From an uncultured Gemmatimonadales bacterium (lineage in GTDB: Bacteria > Gemmatimonadota > Gemmatimonadetes > Gemmatimonadales > GWC2-71-9), in contig CAWJMT010000004.1 in the NCBI GenBank assembly GCA_963844035.1, forward strand, positions 288,001 through 352,000: 64,000 nt of DNA, given 5' to 3'. The translations under genes were made by a program, and so were the position numbers. Numbering within the stretch: the first letter of the stretch is position 1; the number at the start of each line of letters is the position of its first letter. The notes below the pieces were generated by a model, which saw nothing but the letters and a program-made list of their open reading frames with translations, did not search any database and was not told where the DNA came from. Shown piece after piece: positions 63,415-64,000 of this stretch.

Positions 63415-64000
63415 CTACCCCCCGGGCGTCGACATGGAAAAATCGAACGGCAGGTTGACGAGCACCCGCACCGCTCGTCCTTGCAGCCGCGCCGGCCGGA
63501 ACCGGGCGTCGAGCGCCCACCGTCTGGTCGGCAGGTCGAAGCCGGGGCTCGAGCTCTTGAGAATCTTGACGGAGTTGGGCTCGAGGCGCCCGCTGGTGTC
63601 CACGATCGCCTGGAGCAGGACGCGGCCTTCGATGCCCGCACGGCGCAGCATCTCGGGGTAGGCCGGCGGGGGCGACAGCAGTGCGGGCGTTTCTTCCACG
63701 CTCGCCGACGCGTAGACGCGATTGTCGGTGGGTGCCACGCCGCCCGCCACTCCGCCCTCCAAGCCTCTCCCCGAGTAGTCCCGGGGGTCGAAGTGCTGTT
63801 GTAGATCCACCGGGGGAATGCTCGTCGGAATTTCTGGAAGGACGGTGAGAGTCTGGAAGCCGTTCAGGGGCACATCCACTGGCAGGGGAAGCTCTTGGGG
63901 GGCAACCCGCGGCGACTCGAGGAACACCACCGTCGTGTCCGCCACGACGGACGTGGCGCTATGAGCGGTATTCCTGACCACGTACACGGACCCCAGGATG
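63415..64000 (-). CDS. Energy transducer TonB family protein, 5' truncated
   Basis: PAYPEMLRRAGIEGRV..AIVDTSGR, ARFRPARLQGRAVRV. Confidence 0.85.
   Translation of the reverse strand, partial: ILGSVYVVRNTAHSATSVVADTTVVFLESPRVAPQELPLPVDVPLNGFQTLTVLPEIPTSIPPVDLQQHFDPRDYSGRGLEGGVAGGVAPTDNRVYASASVEETPALLSPPPAYPEMLRRAGIEGRVLLQAIVDTSGRLEPNSVKILKSSSPGFDLPTRRWALDARFRPARLQGRAVRVLVNLPFDFSMSTPGG

Overview
GC-rich bacterial window, probably Gemmatimonadota (inferred from protein style; not verifiable here). More than 20 apparent single-base frameshifts fall in otherwise intact genes and look like long-read indels. About 49 kb is an amino-acid biosynthesis supercluster: ilvD, leuA-ilvB-ilvH-ilvC-leuC-leuD-leuB, thrB-thrA-thrC, proC, lysC::M20-dapB-dapA-dapD-aminotransferase-asd, cysH-cysG-sir, cimA and two tandem glnA genes. 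It is interrupted by a copper-related island (uORF-TBDR-BNR protein-TlpA; a second TBDR; SCO-CtaG-CusF-like) and a LytS/LytTR module. The right end carries queF/queC/queE, a VOC protein with an H1-like tail, an acyltransferase, an HtrA protease, rpsU-csp/infA, an aldo-keto reductase, panD, a kinase, a Vgb-like protein and TonB. The strongest signal lies in the intergenic DNA, below the ORF-track cutoff. It comprises a near-leaderless poly-Cys leader peptide with full protector/antiterminator/terminator pairing before the sulfate-reduction operon, a Leu-rich leader before leuA, an Ile-rich leader before cimA, and atypical leaders before both aspartokinase operons. Also notable are a CxxxC...PPPRA CutF/CruR-like uORF before a TBDR, TGCA-N5-TGCA sites paired 73 bp apart on both flanks of the glnA locus, 21-bp-periodic LytTR boxes, and terminator-like UTRs on the divergent rpsU-csp and infA transcripts. 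No rRNA, tRNA, CRISPR or transposase was recognised.
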